A stretch of DNA of 41,969 nucleotides from Oligoflexus sp. Its GTDB lineage: Bacteria; Bdellovibrionota_B; Oligoflexia; Oligoflexales; Oligoflexaceae. The notes under the pieces were generated by a model. It saw only the letters and a list, made by a program, of their open reading frames with translations. It searched no databases and had not been told where the DNA came from. Numbering within the stretch: position 1 is the first letter of the stretch; every line of letters begins with the position of its first letter. Location of the stretch: NCBI GenBank assembly GCA_041736305.1, contig JBGSTX010000124.1, positions 1-41,969 on the forward strand, given 5' to 3'. The translations under genes were made by a program, and so were the position numbers. Shown here piece after piece: positions 9,114-18,635 of this stretch.

Positions 9114-9377
9114 ATGACACATAAACCGCGTCTGCAGTCCTGCATCCTAGCAGCCCTAGTTCTATTTATCAGTACGCTCGCTGTGAGAAAAGGAGCGTTT
9201 CCTGATGAATTACTAGCCAAGCCCTATCCGCACATTGAACTTTTTCCTGAAAATATCATGAAACCCTACGATTCTTTCGACTTCCCTTGGATCGAAGAAC
9301 CTGCGGAATTTTTACCATCGAATTTCCAGTACATACTGAAGCCCTTTTTCACGCAAAGCTTCCCAGAAATTTGCTGA
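9114..9377 (+). CDS. Small hypothetical exported or membrane-anchored protein
   Basis: N-terminal hydrophobic segment; fills an intergenic gap; no recognised motif. Confidence 0.5.
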   Translation: MTHKPRLQSCILAALVLFISTLAVRKGAFPDELLAKPYPHIELFPENIMKPYDSFDFPWIEEPAEFLPSNFQYILKPFFTQSFPEIC

Positions 9378-9560
9378 AAATCAGCCTTCGGACCGGTCGC
9401 CTCTTACTTGGCACTGAAGAAGTTCTTGGGGTCGAGACTATCTTTCCTTTGCCAGCTTCTGCTATATCCCGCTTAGTACAAATTTAGCGGATGCACGCAA
9501 ATGCAGCTCATCGCTCCGACATCTTAGGAGCCAAGATCCGCAAGTCGGGAGGAGAACTCT

Positions 9561-10397
9561 ATGCAAAAGGATACCGAAGCTTTAAAAAAAGACCTACTCG
9601 CTATTGAAGGCTCACTGGAACAAGGCCGTTCGCAGGCCCTCCAGGAAGGTGCTGATGTGATCAAAGCGATCGTCAAAGGTCTCGACGAGGGTCACCTTCG
9701 AGTGTGTAGCTTCGACAAGGGTCAATGGACAACTCATGCCTGGGTGAAGACCGCGATCCTTATGTATTTCCGCCTCATGGAAATGGAAGCCTACGAAGTG
9801 GGTCCGTTCGTTTACTATGACAAAATCCCTCTCAAGCGTAATTACCAAGATTTAAAGGTGCGGGTCGTTCCTCCCGCGACAGCTCGCTTCGGCAGTTTTA
9901 TGGAGCCAGGCGTCGTACTCATGCCTTCCTATGTAAATATCGGGGCTTTTGTTGGCAAAAACACGATGGTCGACACCTGGGCCACGGTTGGGTCCTGTGC
10001 TCAGATTGGGGCTAATGTTCATCTCTCAGGTGGGGTGGGAATCGGTGGAGTCCTCGAACCCGCTCATGCTAAGCCTGTCATCGTTGGCTCGGGATCCTTT
10101 CTCGGCTCACGCTCTATCGTCGTCGAAGGCGTAGAAATAGGCGAAGAGGCTGTGTTAGCGGCAAATGTGACTCTCACGGCCTCAACCCCCATCATCGACA
10201 CGCGCGACGGCAAGTGGGTGGAAAGCAAAGGTAGCATCCCACCCCGCGCGGTTGTCGTTCCCGGTACCAAGGAAAAAGTGGTTGCAGGTGGTAAGATGCA
10301 CACAGCCTGCGCCTATATCATAGGCAATCGCAAAGCTTCCACGGATCTCAAAACTTCTCTCAACGAAGTCCTGAGGGAATTTGCGGTATCGGTCTAG
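9561..10397 (+). CDS. dapD: Tetrahydrodipicolinate N-succinyltransferase
   Basis: WVKTAILMYF, DKIPLK, RVVPPATARFG, LMPSYVNIGA, MVDTWATVGSCAQIG, HLSGGVGIGGVLEP. Confidence 0.97.
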   Translation: MQKDTEALKKDLLAIEGSLEQGRSQALQEGADVIKAIVKGLDEGHLRVCSFDKGQWTTHAWVKTAILMYFRLMEMEAYEVGPFVYYDKIPLKRNYQDLKVRVVPPATARFGSFMEPGVVLMPSYVNIGAFVGKNTMVDTWATVGSCAQIGANVHLSGGVGIGGVLEPAHAKPVIVGSGSFLGSRSIVVEGVEIGEEAVLAANVTLTASTPIIDTRDGKWVESKGSIPPRAVVVPGTKEKVVAGGKMHTACAYIIGNRKASTDLKTSLNEVLREFAVSV

Positions 10398-10437
10398 AAC
10401 CGGAGCTCTTAGGCTCTGACGCGTGAGGAAATTGCAC

Positions 10438-10764
10438 ATGCCGAAGGTCAAGTTTCACCCGAGCCAAAATACCGCCGAAGTCGAAGCGAATACTAAACTC
10501 CTCCTCAGCGGTCGCAAAGCGGCTGTGGATATACGCTTTGGCTGTGCCGCTTGCCGCTGCGGTACCTGCGCTGTTAAAGTTCTGGAAGGCGCTCAGAATC
10601 TTTCGGCTCCAAAGAAAGATGAAGAAGGGCTCCTGCAAAAGCTTAAGCTGCCTCTCGACGGAACTGTGCGCCTCGCCTGCGAAGCTAGAGTCAACGGAGA
10701 TTGCTCAATTGACCTTAGTTTCCAGGATGATTACACGCCGCATATTGGATTTGACGAAGATTGA
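10438..10764 (+). CDS. [2Fe-2S] ferredoxin
   Basis: C-x4-C-x2-C (CAACRCGTC) plus RLAC. Confidence 0.9.
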   Translation: MPKVKFHPSQNTAEVEANTKLLLSGRKAAVDIRFGCAACRCGTCAVKVLEGAQNLSAPKKDEEGLLQKLKLPLDGTVRLACEARVNGDCSIDLSFQDDYTPHIGFDED

Positions 10765-10790
10765 GACTTCTAGGACTGAGGAGCTTCGCC

Positions 10791-11834
10791 ATGATATCTA
10801 TTGAAAACACCCGCATTAGTGAATTCATCCCGCTACCTTCTCCAGCTGAACTTAAGGGCCGGCTCAAAGCCTCTAATGAGCAGCTGTCAAGAGTTGCTTA
10901 TCATCGAGACGAGCTGAGAAAAATGCTCTCAGGTGTCGATAAGCGTCTGCTGTGCATCGTCGGTCCCTGCTCCATTCACGACGTGAAAGCCGGTCAGATT
11001 TACGCTGAACGTTTAGCCAAGCTCCATCGAGAGCTGCGCGATCGTTTATTTATCGTTATGCGGGTCTACTTTGAAAAACCAAGGACGACGATTGGGTGGA
11101 AAGGTCTTATCAATGATCCCCACCTGGATGGAAGCCACGACGTGCGCACCGGACTATCAACCGCACGCGAATTCCTGCTCCAAGTCGCAAGTCTGGATAT
11201 ACCTGCAGCGACCGAATTTCTCGATCCCATAGTCCCTCAGTATATTGCGGACCTCATAAGTTGGGTCGCCATAGGCGCTCGGACTACAGAGAGCCAGACT
11301 CATCGCGAGATGGCGAGTGGCCTATCGATGCCGGTGGGCTTCAAAAATGCTACGGACGGGAGTCTGCAAGTAGCGCTCGATGGAATGACCTCGGCGAGGC
11401 ACCCCCACCACTTCCTCGGAATCGACCAGGACGGCATGACGTCTGTGATTAAAACCAAGGGGAATCCGGACGTTCATGCTATTCTGCGCGGCGGCGCCAG
11501 TGGTCCTAATTACAGTCCCGACCATATTAAGGATTGCCTGGGCCGCCTCAATGCTGAGGCGCGTCAGCGCCTTCTGCTCGTTGACTGCAGCCACGGAAAC
11601 TCAGGCAAAGATTATCGCCGTCAGCCGATCGTGTTTCACGAGGTACTTAAGCAATTCCAGAAGGGGGAAGAGGGAATTCTGGGTATGATGCTCGAAAGTC
11701 ACCTGAACGAAGGGAAGCAGGACCCGAAAGCGAGCCCGCTACAGGAGGGGGTTTCGATTACAGATGGCTGCATTTCCTGGGAACAGACCGAGAATCTTTT
11801 GCGCGAAAGCTGGAAGGCTTTAGGTTCCCGATGA
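10791..11834 (+). CDS. aroG: DAHP synthase, class I-alpha (AroF/G/H type)
   Basis: GPCSIHD, MRVYFEKPRTTIGWKGLINDP, IGARTTESQTHRE, DCSHGNS, SITDGCI; GAGGAG RBS; isozyme assignment uncertain. Confidence 0.93.
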   Translation: MISIENTRISEFIPLPSPAELKGRLKASNEQLSRVAYHRDELRKMLSGVDKRLLCIVGPCSIHDVKAGQIYAERLAKLHRELRDRLFIVMRVYFEKPRTTIGWKGLINDPHLDGSHDVRTGLSTAREFLLQVASLDIPAATEFLDPIVPQYIADLISWVAIGARTTESQTHREMASGLSMPVGFKNATDGSLQVALDGMTSARHPHHFLGIDQDGMTSVIKTKGNPDVHAILRGGASGPNYSPDHIKDCLGRLNAEARQRLLLVDCSHGNSGKDYRRQPIVFHEVLKQFQKGEEGILGMMLESHLNEGKQDPKASPLQEGVSITDGCISWEQTENLLRESWKALGSR

Positions 11835-12641
11835 CTTGTAAATAAAGCGGGTGAGTTCGACGAACTCGTCGGGTCTTATCGAGTCTGGCCTCCGGTTGAG
11901 ATCAAGAGGACAGTTGGCCAGCTTTTCTTCACTGAGAAACTGCTTAATCGCATTGCGCAACTTTTTCCGCCTTTGGGTGAAAGATGCACGCGTCACCGTT
12001 TCAACCTTTTGCAGGAGCTCCTCCGGCAGAAGCGGGTTCCGAGCCTTCAGTATGACCAATGCGCTATCTACTTTTGGGATCGGCGTAAAGCAAGTCCTCT
12101 CAACTTTACACTCAAGATTGACCTGTGCGCGCAGCTGCGTGTAAACGGACAAACTCCCGTAATCTTTAGTACCCACCGCTCCAGCTAGGCGCGACGCAAA
12201 CTCCAGCTGCACCAGAAACTCAACACCTTTGAGAGCTTGAATATGTGGTAAAACCCAGAGGACGATGGGCGATGATACAGCGTAAGGGATGTTCCCAACC
12301 ACCGCCGTCGGCTCGCTCGATTTTTCGAGCCAGGCCTGCAAGTCGAAATCAAGGATATCCTGGTGCACTAGCTCCAAGGTTCCCGGGTATTCGGATCGTC
12401 TCTGCTGATAGGCATCTGTAAGTTTTTCGACGAAGCGCTCGTCTTTCTCGACAGCTGTTACCTTCCAAGGATTTTCTAGCAATGCTCTGGTTAAGATCCC
12501 ACCTCCCGGACCTATTTCGAGGACGCGGGTGATATGCCATTCTTTGAGACGCTCTACTACTTTTCGAACAGGCCACTCGGTTTTAAGAAACACTTGGCTC
12601 AGAGATTTTTTCTGTCGCAATCGATTCTGCTCGTGTGCCAT
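11820..12641 (-). CDS. rsmA: 16S rRNA dimethyladenosine transferase
   Basis: KKSLSQVFL, VLEIGPGGG, GNIPY, YGSLSV, PKVDSA, FTQRRKKLRN. Confidence 0.95.
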   Translation of the reverse strand: MAHEQNRLRQKKSLSQVFLKTEWPVRKVVERLKEWHITRVLEIGPGGGILTRALLENPWKVTAVEKDERFVEKLTDAYQQRRSEYPGTLELVHQDILDFDLQAWLEKSSEPTAVVGNIPYAVSSPIVLWVLPHIQALKGVEFLVQLEFASRLAGAVGTKDYGSLSVYTQLRAQVNLECKVERTCFTPIPKVDSALVILKARNPLLPEELLQKVETVTRASFTQRRKKLRNAIKQFLSEEKLANCPLDLNRRPDSIRPDEFVELTRFIYKSSGT

Positions 12642-12656
12642 GAACGTATAACTCCC

Positions 12657-13685
12657 CTATGAGCTGGTAAACTGATAACGCGAAAACGCATCCCAATCGA
12701 GTCGAGAAAAGACTCCTGGATCCTTCGCCTTAGCCAGTTGATGAAAGCCCAGTGCTGCAATCATAGCGGCATTATCGGAACAGTAGCGCAGCTGGGGAAA
12801 GTAGGTTGGAACACGAAGGTGCTTGTCGGCTAGCTCCCGAAAACGCAGATTGGCTGCAACTCCACCCGCTATCAGAAGACTCCGGACCTCGGGATGGGCT
12901 TGCACTATGAGGGCGAGCTTACGGATCAATTGTCCGAGGGCCTCTTCTTGAAACGCCGCGCAAAGATCCTGGAGGGTTTCTTCGCTCAGGGAGCCAGGGT
13001 ACCTTTGACGTAAGTTTACCATATAGGTTTTTAAACCAGAATAGCTAAAAACCAGCTTATTCTTCTGCTCCATCATGCGAGGCATGGCGAAGGAATCTGG
13101 CTTACCACCTCGGGCTAAACGCTCTATCGCCGGCCCTCCGGGATAAGCTAGTCCAAAGAGTTTCGCAACTTTATCGAAGGATTCACCGCAGGCATCGTCG
13201 ATGCTATACGCCAGAAGCTCAAAGCTAGTCGCTTCCCTCATGAGATACACGTTGGTGTGGCCTCCTGACACCACCAAAGCTATCGATGGATAGAGAGTCT
13301 CAGGATCGGCATCAATGCCGAGCATGGCACCATGAACATGGGCCTCGACGTGATTTACTGGAATAAGAGGCTTGGCGCTGGCGAGCGCTAGGCCCTTGGC
13401 ATAGGAGATCCCGACCAGGAGGGCTCCGATAAGGCCTGGGCCTTGCGTGACAGCAATTGCATCGACGGCATCGAGACCAAAGCCGGCCTTTTCGAGAGCT
13501 TCGTCTACTACCTTGTCGATGAGCTGCAGGTGGGCACGCGCAGCGATTTCGGGAACCACGCCCCCAAATTTTTGATGCAGATCAATCTGAGTGGCGATGA
13601 TCGAACTGTGAACGATCCGCCCATCTTCAACCAATGCAGCAGCTGTCTCGTCACAGCTCGATTCGATACCTAGAACTAATGTCAT
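12657..13685 (-). CDS. tsaD: tRNA threonylcarbamoyltransferase TsaD
   Basis: LGIESSCDETAAA, GGVVPEIAARAH, HVEAH, VSGGHT, GESFDKVA, DNAAMIA. Confidence 0.97.
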   Translation of the reverse strand: MTLVLGIESSCDETAAALVEDGRIVHSSIIATQIDLHQKFGGVVPEIAARAHLQLIDKVVDEALEKAGFGLDAVDAIAVTQGPGLIGALLVGISYAKGLALASAKPLIPVNHVEAHVHGAMLGIDADPETLYPSIALVVSGGHTNVYLMREATSFELLAYSIDDACGESFDKVAKLFGLAYPGGPAIERLARGGKPDSFAMPRMMEQKNKLVFSYSGLKTYMVNLRQRYPGSLSEETLQDLCAAFQEEALGQLIRKLALIVQAHPEVRSLLIAGGVAANLRFRELADKHLRVPTYFPQLRYCSDNAAMIAALGFHQLAKAKDPGVFSRLDWDAFSRYQFTSS

Positions 13686-13694
13686 AAATTCCTA

Positions 13695-14525
13695 TCAGAG
13701 CTTACTCAGTTTAGCTTTAGCCTGCTTAGCCTCATCGGTGCTGGCGTATTTTGTTACCAGCTCCTGATAATAGATCTTCGCTGTTTCAAGATCCCCGAGC
13801 TCTTTGAAACAATCCCCAAGGCGCAGTGTCGACTGAGCCATATGCTCTTTAGGTTTAGTTTCCTGGAACTCAGCGAAGCGGAGCGCCGCATCTCGGATCT
13901 GTCCAGCTTTGAAGTAGCTTTCGGCCAGCATATAGAGGCCCTCCTGCTTTTCCTTCTTAGACTTGAGGTCGTCAACGACTTTGCTGCCCTCTTCGGCGAT
14001 CACTTTATACTTTTTCTTGTCAAAAGCACTCTTCAAATCATCGTAAGACTTGATGGAAGCCGAAGATTTCTTTGGAGCTTTCTCTTTCTTTTCGGGCTTT
14101 TTTGCCTCGATCGCTTTATCGATAGCCGCAAGTATCTTGTTTTGGTTTTCCTCGAGGGCTTCTAGACGAGAATTGAAGTCGCTGAGAGTCTTGGCAATGC
14201 TGCCTTCTTTCTCTGGATCCTCACCAGGCATTTGTCCTGTTGTTACACCGACCTTAAGAGCATCGATGTCGCCTTTAACCCTTTGAATTTCGACCGCGAA
14301 CTTGTCGAGGCGGGTGCCTATCGAAGCTTCCTGGCGACTGCTCTGGTTGGTGATTTCTTTGCCGAGGTTGCTACTCTGCCCTTCGAGTTGGACCACTCGA
14401 GTCTGGAGGCTGAATATATCGTCCCGGAATTGCTGCTCTTCGGCAGGCGTTACGCAAGCTACCAACGAAAGAAGACCCGCCAGACTGATAAGCCTGGCGA
14501 GCAGTGAGGAGCGAATGAGAATCAT
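13695..14525 (-). CDS. CpoB/YbgF-like lipoprotein (coiled coil plus TPR)
   Basis: Lipobox LVAC, N-terminal coiled coil, C-terminal TPRs (YMLAESYF, LRLGDCFKELG, AKIYYQELVTKY). Confidence 0.75.
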   Translation of the reverse strand: MILIRSSLLARLISLAGLLSLVACVTPAEEQQFRDDIFSLQTRVVQLEGQSSNLGKEITNQSSRQEASIGTRLDKFAVEIQRVKGDIDALKVGVTTGQMPGEDPEKEGSIAKTLSDFNSRLEALEENQNKILAAIDKAIEAKKPEKKEKAPKKSSASIKSYDDLKSAFDKKKYKVIAEEGSKVVDDLKSKKEKQEGLYMLAESYFKAGQIRDAALRFAEFQETKPKEHMAQSTLRLGDCFKELGDLETAKIYYQELVTKYASTDEAKQAKAKLSKL

Positions 14526-14529
14526 TTTT

Positions 14530-14997
14530 TTAGGCCCTTTGCTTCTTCTTAAGAGTCTCGAGACGTTTATTTATTATAACAAGACGCCTAAAAAACAAAT
14601 TAGCCTCTTTGGTCCAGCTGTCATAGTAAGGCGCCGGGACCATGTGGGTCACCGTCAAGAGCCGTAAATCTTCTTTCCAAGCAAGCAGAAGACCTAAGTC
14701 TTTCTGGAAATTACCAAGATGACCTAGCAGCTCTTTATCGTTAGCTCCTTTAAGAGGCTTCTTGCCCCAAGTGACCGTCTCGCCGTCCCCATCTTCGGCC
14801 AGCAGTTTATCCAGCGGAGTCGAAGCTCGCGCTTTGACATTTGCTACGCCATTAACTAAGTCCTTTTCTTGCCATAGCTGTTCTTGACCTTGGAGGTCTT
14901 CTGCTTTTGCGGTATCCTCCGATCTCATTTTCGATGAGTCCTGAGGCAAGTTCTCGCTCAATTCGGATAGAGATTCCTTGTTTCGATTTTCTGACAT
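14530..14997 (-). CDS. Hypothetical protein
   Basis: 155 aa from ATG 14997 with AAGG upstream; stop 4 nt before the cpoB-like start. Confidence 0.7.
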   Translation of the reverse strand: MSENRNKESLSELSENLPQDSSKMRSEDTAKAEDLQGQEQLWQEKDLVNGVANVKARASTPLDKLLAEDGDGETVTWGKKPLKGANDKELLGHLGNFQKDLGLLLAWKEDLRLLTVTHMVPAPYYDSWTKEANLFFRRLVIINKRLETLKKKQRA

Positions 14998-15028
14998 AGT
15001 TATACCTTTTAGGTGGCTCTGTCTGTTT

Positions 15029-15055
15029 ATATCGGTTAAATTCAAAAAAAAATTA
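15029..15055 (-). promoter_or_regulatory. Putative sigma28 (FliA) promoter
   Basis: Minus strand TAAT-N15-ACCGATAT versus consensus TAAA-N15-GCCGATAA, about 30 nt before ATG 14997. Confidence 0.45.
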
Positions 15056-15101
15056 GCTGCTTAAACCAGCGGACGACGTGATAAGAGACAAAGAAGAACA
15101 T

Positions 15102-16979
15102 ATGAGTACACCAAAAACTGAAGCCGAAACCGTCCATCACGACGCTCCTAAGGACTTCGATCTTTCATCGGAAGCCGAAGTCTCCCTCCATAGTGAAGAA
15201 ATTGCCGCCGACCTCGTCGATTCTCCTGCTGTGCAAGAATTGCCTAGCGATATCGTAATAGAAGACGACGATGAAGAGATCCCTAAGGTTCTTGATGAAG
15301 AGCTGCTTGGCGCTGAAACTTTCGAAGAACTCAATCTCGCTCCTGCTCTTTTAGAAGCCATCAAGAAATTAGGCTGGACCAAGCCGACTCTCATTCAGGG
15401 GCTTGCTCTTCCCCTTACGACCCAGGGCCAAGACCTGGCGGGCTTTTCTCAAACTGGAACGGGGAAGACCGGAGTCTTCCTGATTACGATCGCTCACCAG
15501 CTTCTGAAATTGCGTGAAACTGGGGGCGAGACCAGTCTTCACCCCAAAGCCATGATTCTCGCACCGACGCGTGAACTCGCTGTCCAGATAAGTCACGATG
15601 CTGAAGCCCTTTTCAACCTGCTCGACATCTCGAGTATGGCTGTCTTCGGCGGAGTGGATTATGAAAAGCAGGCGCAGCGGATACGCAGCGGAGTTGATGT
15701 CATCGTCGCAACTCCAGGCCGTCTCAAGGACTACTTTCAAAAGAAGGTGTTTTCGACCAAGGATTGCAGCCTCTTTATCTGCGATGAAGCGGATCGCATG
15801 CTGGATATGGGATTCATAGAGGATGTTGAGTTCTTTCTTAGCACCTTAAGCCCCGAGACACAGAAACTCTTGTTTTCTGCTACGACTAACGAGCAGGTCA
15901 AGGAATTGGCTTTCGAGTACCTGGAGAATCCCAAGTACATTTCTGTCAATCCAGAGGTGATAACCCCTGAGCGCATTGAGCAACATGCCGTCATTTGCGA
16001 TTCGACTGAAAAGCTGCAGGTGATGCTCGGACTGATGCGCGACCATGCTCCCGTATGTTCGATCGTGTTCACCAATACCAAAATTGTCGCCGAATGGCTT
16101 CATTACAAGCTGATCGGTAACGGTATTGAAGCTGACCTCATCACCGGTGACCTCCCACAGAAGAAGCGTATCGACTTGATCCATCGCATCAAGGCAGGCG
16201 AAGTCAAAGCGCTTATCGCGACCGACGTCGCAAGTCGCGGCTTGCACATTGCTAGCATCTCGCACGTCTACAACTTCGACCTTCCCGACGAAGCAGCTAA
16301 CTACGTGCATAGGATCGGCCGAACGGCGAGAGCGGGGGCTTTTGGCTCTGCTTATTCGTTGATTTGTGAGGACTATGGTCACAACCTGCTCACGATCCAG
16401 CAGTATCTCGGAGAGAACGTCCCTATCAAGATAGCAAGGTTTCCTGAAGACTATCTGCAGATCGAAGACAAGGCTGGCAATCCTTATAAAGATCAAAACT
16501 TTAAGGGTTACAGTATGAAGGAAGAAGACTCGTCGAAGTCAGGAAGGCGTCAAGGCCAGGGCCAAGGGAAGCCAAGATCGGCACCACAAACTGCATCCGA
16601 TGGTCCACGTTTGGAAGCACGCTCAGACCGTACACGGACTCAAGGTGACGAAAAAGATAGGGATAGAGACAAGGGTGGCGATGGCAAAAGTAGAAGCAAG
16701 AGCAATCGCGACAGAAATCCGAAGGCTGGCCGTCCCGATGCATTGGCAGTAAAGGGTAAAGTGAAATCCCCCCCGAAAGCACAGACAGGTGCAGGGCCAA
16801 GTGCCGATCAGCAGTCTGAGCGGCAGCATGGTCGAAACAAACATAAAAAGCCGAGTATTCAGACAGGTCAAGTTCCGACCAGAATCATTGCTCCTAAAAA
16901 GCCAGAGGTGGTTCCAAACACTCTGGTCGGACTTTTCAAAAAGATTCTTGCAGCTATTTTCCCTTGGCGGAAAAAATAA
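15102..16979 (+). CDS. rhlB: DEAD-box RNA helicase, RhlB-like, with long N- and C-terminal extensions
   Basis: Q motif, SQTGTGKT, APTRELAVQI, DEADRMLDMGF, SAT, HRIGRTARAG..SLICEDY; alternative GTG start at 15078. Confidence 0.85.
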   Translation: MSTPKTEAETVHHDAPKDFDLSSEAEVSLHSEEIAADLVDSPAVQELPSDIVIEDDDEEIPKVLDEELLGAETFEELNLAPALLEAIKKLGWTKPTLIQGLALPLTTQGQDLAGFSQTGTGKTGVFLITIAHQLLKLRETGGETSLHPKAMILAPTRELAVQISHDAEALFNLLDISSMAVFGGVDYEKQAQRIRSGVDVIVATPGRLKDYFQKKVFSTKDCSLFICDEADRMLDMGFIEDVEFFLSTLSPETQKLLFSATTNEQVKELAFEYLENPKYISVNPEVITPERIEQHAVICDSTEKLQVMLGLMRDHAPVCSIVFTNTKIVAEWLHYKLIGNGIEADLITGDLPQKKRIDLIHRIKAGEVKALIATDVASRGLHIASISHVYNFDLPDEAANYVHRIGRTARAGAFGSAYSLICEDYGHNLLTIQQYLGENVPIKIARFPEDYLQIEDKAGNPYKDQNFKGYSMKEEDSSKSGRRQGQGQGKPRSAPQTASDGPRLEARSDRTRTQGDEKDRDRDKGGDGKSRSKSNRDRNPKAGRPDALAVKGKVKSPPKAQTGAGPSADQQSERQHGRNKHKKPSIQTGQVPTRIIAPKKPEVVPNTLVGLFKKILAAIFPWRKK

Positions 16980-17874
16980 GTTCCCACGACTTTTCTCGAC
17001 GCAACCAAGCCTCGCTCAAGCGAGGCTTTTCTCTTTGTAAACTGAGCAGGAGAGCGCTCTGCTCAATCAGGATTTTCTCCCAGAATTCGAGACGATCTCC
17101 GCTCATTTCCGCTAGGCGTTCAGAGACGAGCTCTGGTGAACCCGCGTGCAGAGTGCACCAGGCTGCTCCATGTCCTGCAAGCAGACTCCGTTTGAAAGTA
17201 CGGGCTTCTTGAGAACGAAGCTCGCCGATAACAAGCCGATCGGGACGCAGTCGCAGCAGCTCGTCGAAAATTGCATTCAGATCGAAGGCTCCCCTTCCAG
17301 AGAGATCTCGGCTTTGCGCGCAGAGTCGGATCCAAAAAGGTGAGAGGCGGGGAATTTCTGGGAGCTGCTCCAGTATTGCTACTCGTTCATCTGCAGCCAA
17401 CTCTTTGAGAAGGGCAATTAGCAGCGAAGTCTTTCCTGATCCAGTCGGCCCACTGATAAGCAAAGGACGAGGCAGTCGAAGCAGCTGAAGAATGGTTTCA
17501 CCTGCTTCAGACCCGACGAAATCTCTAAACTTCAGTAGATCTAATCGATGTCTTCGGAGGCTGAGAAGGGGTCCATCTCTTGCGACAGGAGGCAGCAGGG
17601 CGTGCCAGCGTATATGCAGCTGCTGATCTTCCCCCTCCTTGAGGCTTATGAGGCCACCGGCAGCAGGCTGCAAAGGATCGAGACGCATGTTTTGACTGAA
17701 TGCCAAAGTTTGCAGAGAAATCCGCATTTCCTCATCCGAGGTAAACGGCGATTCCATGCACCTTGAAGGTCCGCCAATAGTCTGAAGACTGTGGCAACCA
17801 TTGATGAGTATTTCATCGAGATTGTTGTCCTGAAAGGCTGCATTGAGCCAGGCAGGGCTGAGAACTTTGTTCAT
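16954..17874 (-). CDS. CpaF/TadA (VirB11-like) secretion ATPase
   Basis: EILING, RWHALLPPVARDGPLLSLRR, Walker A GPTGSGKT, LRLRPDRLVIGELR, GH..TLHA His box. Confidence 0.85.
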   Translation of the reverse strand: MNKVLSPAWLNAAFQDNNLDEILINGCHSLQTIGGPSRCMESPFTSDEEMRISLQTLAFSQNMRLDPLQPAAGGLISLKEGEDQQLHIRWHALLPPVARDGPLLSLRRHRLDLLKFRDFVGSEAGETILQLLRLPRPLLISGPTGSGKTSLLIALLKELAADERVAILEQLPEIPRLSPFWIRLCAQSRDLSGRGAFDLNAIFDELLRLRPDRLVIGELRSQEARTFKRSLLAGHGAAWCTLHAGSPELVSERLAEMSGDRLEFWEKILIEQSALLLSLQREKPRLSEAWLRREKSWELIFSAKGK

Positions 17875-17899
17875 GAAAATGCTTGCACCCTATTCTTAG

Positions 17900-17942
17900 A
17901 AAAAGTCGACGGAGGTCCGGGGACCTCACATCGATCTTTTTT
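17900..17942 (-). terminator. Intrinsic terminator-like hairpin after smg
   Basis: Minus strand tcgatg-t-gaggtc-cccg-gacctc-cgtcga followed by cttttt; T run on the plus side as well. Confidence 0.6.
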
Positions 17943-17976
17943 ATATGAAAAGGGGGGGGTGAGAAAAAGAGCTGGA

Positions 17977-18489
17977 TCAGCAGACCAAACCGGGGACACA
18001 GGATTGGAAAATATCCAGGAAGTCGCCTTCAGAAGTACCTGGAAGGACTGATATGAAAATTTCGGCTAGAAGATTCGAAACTTCTTCATCATCCCAGTCC
18101 CGCGTATCGATCACGCGCGCGCCTTCAAGCATGCGTTCGATGATATCATTCGAGATGACTCCTTTGTGTCGACAGAGCTCGATCTTCGACCAAATGCGAT
18201 CCGAGAAACATATCCTTTCCATCGGATGCGATACGCGTAAGCCATCTCCCTGACTTTGCAACATGGCTAAGGATTCGCTCACTGTTCCTGAATTGACAGC
18301 TCTCTCGATCCAGACACAGGCTGCTTCGATATCGCCGTCGTCAAATCCAGCTTCGCGCAGCTCTTCCTTAACGTAGCGTTCTGTTAGCTGCAGCTCGTCG
18401 TATCCGAATATGACTAGCTCAGCCATAGCTCGAACTACCGGCCACCACGATGGCTCCGAAGTGAAACCTTGCACGCCCACTCCCCCCAA
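17977..18489 (-). CDS. smg: Smg/DUF494 family protein
   Basis: EELREAGFDDGDIEAACVWI and LRVSHPMER..GVISNDIIERMLE resemble Smg; canonical position after dprA; start codon uncertain. Confidence 0.75.
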   Translation of the reverse strand: MGGVGVQGFTSEPSWWPVVRAMAELVIFGYDELQLTERYVKEELREAGFDDGDIEAACVWIERAVNSGTVSESLAMLQSQGDGLRVSHPMERICFSDRIWSKIELCRHKGVISNDIIERMLEGARVIDTRDWDDEEVSNLLAEIFISVLPGTSEGDFLDIFQSCVPGLVC

Positions 18490-18635
18490 AGGAAGATGTC
18501 CTGAGGGTCTCGATCGCTCAAGATACTCCGGACTATAACGATGTTTGTTGAAATGCTCTATTTATAGACTAAGGCTTTATCCCTCATAAATCAAAATAAA
18601 CTTGTCACCCAGCTCAAGCGGCTCATCATTTTTAG

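Noticed and set aside
17952-17959. G8 homopolymer as a phase-variation tract
   Set aside because: It is in the 3' untranslated region of smg before the terminator, not in a CDS or a recognisable promoter
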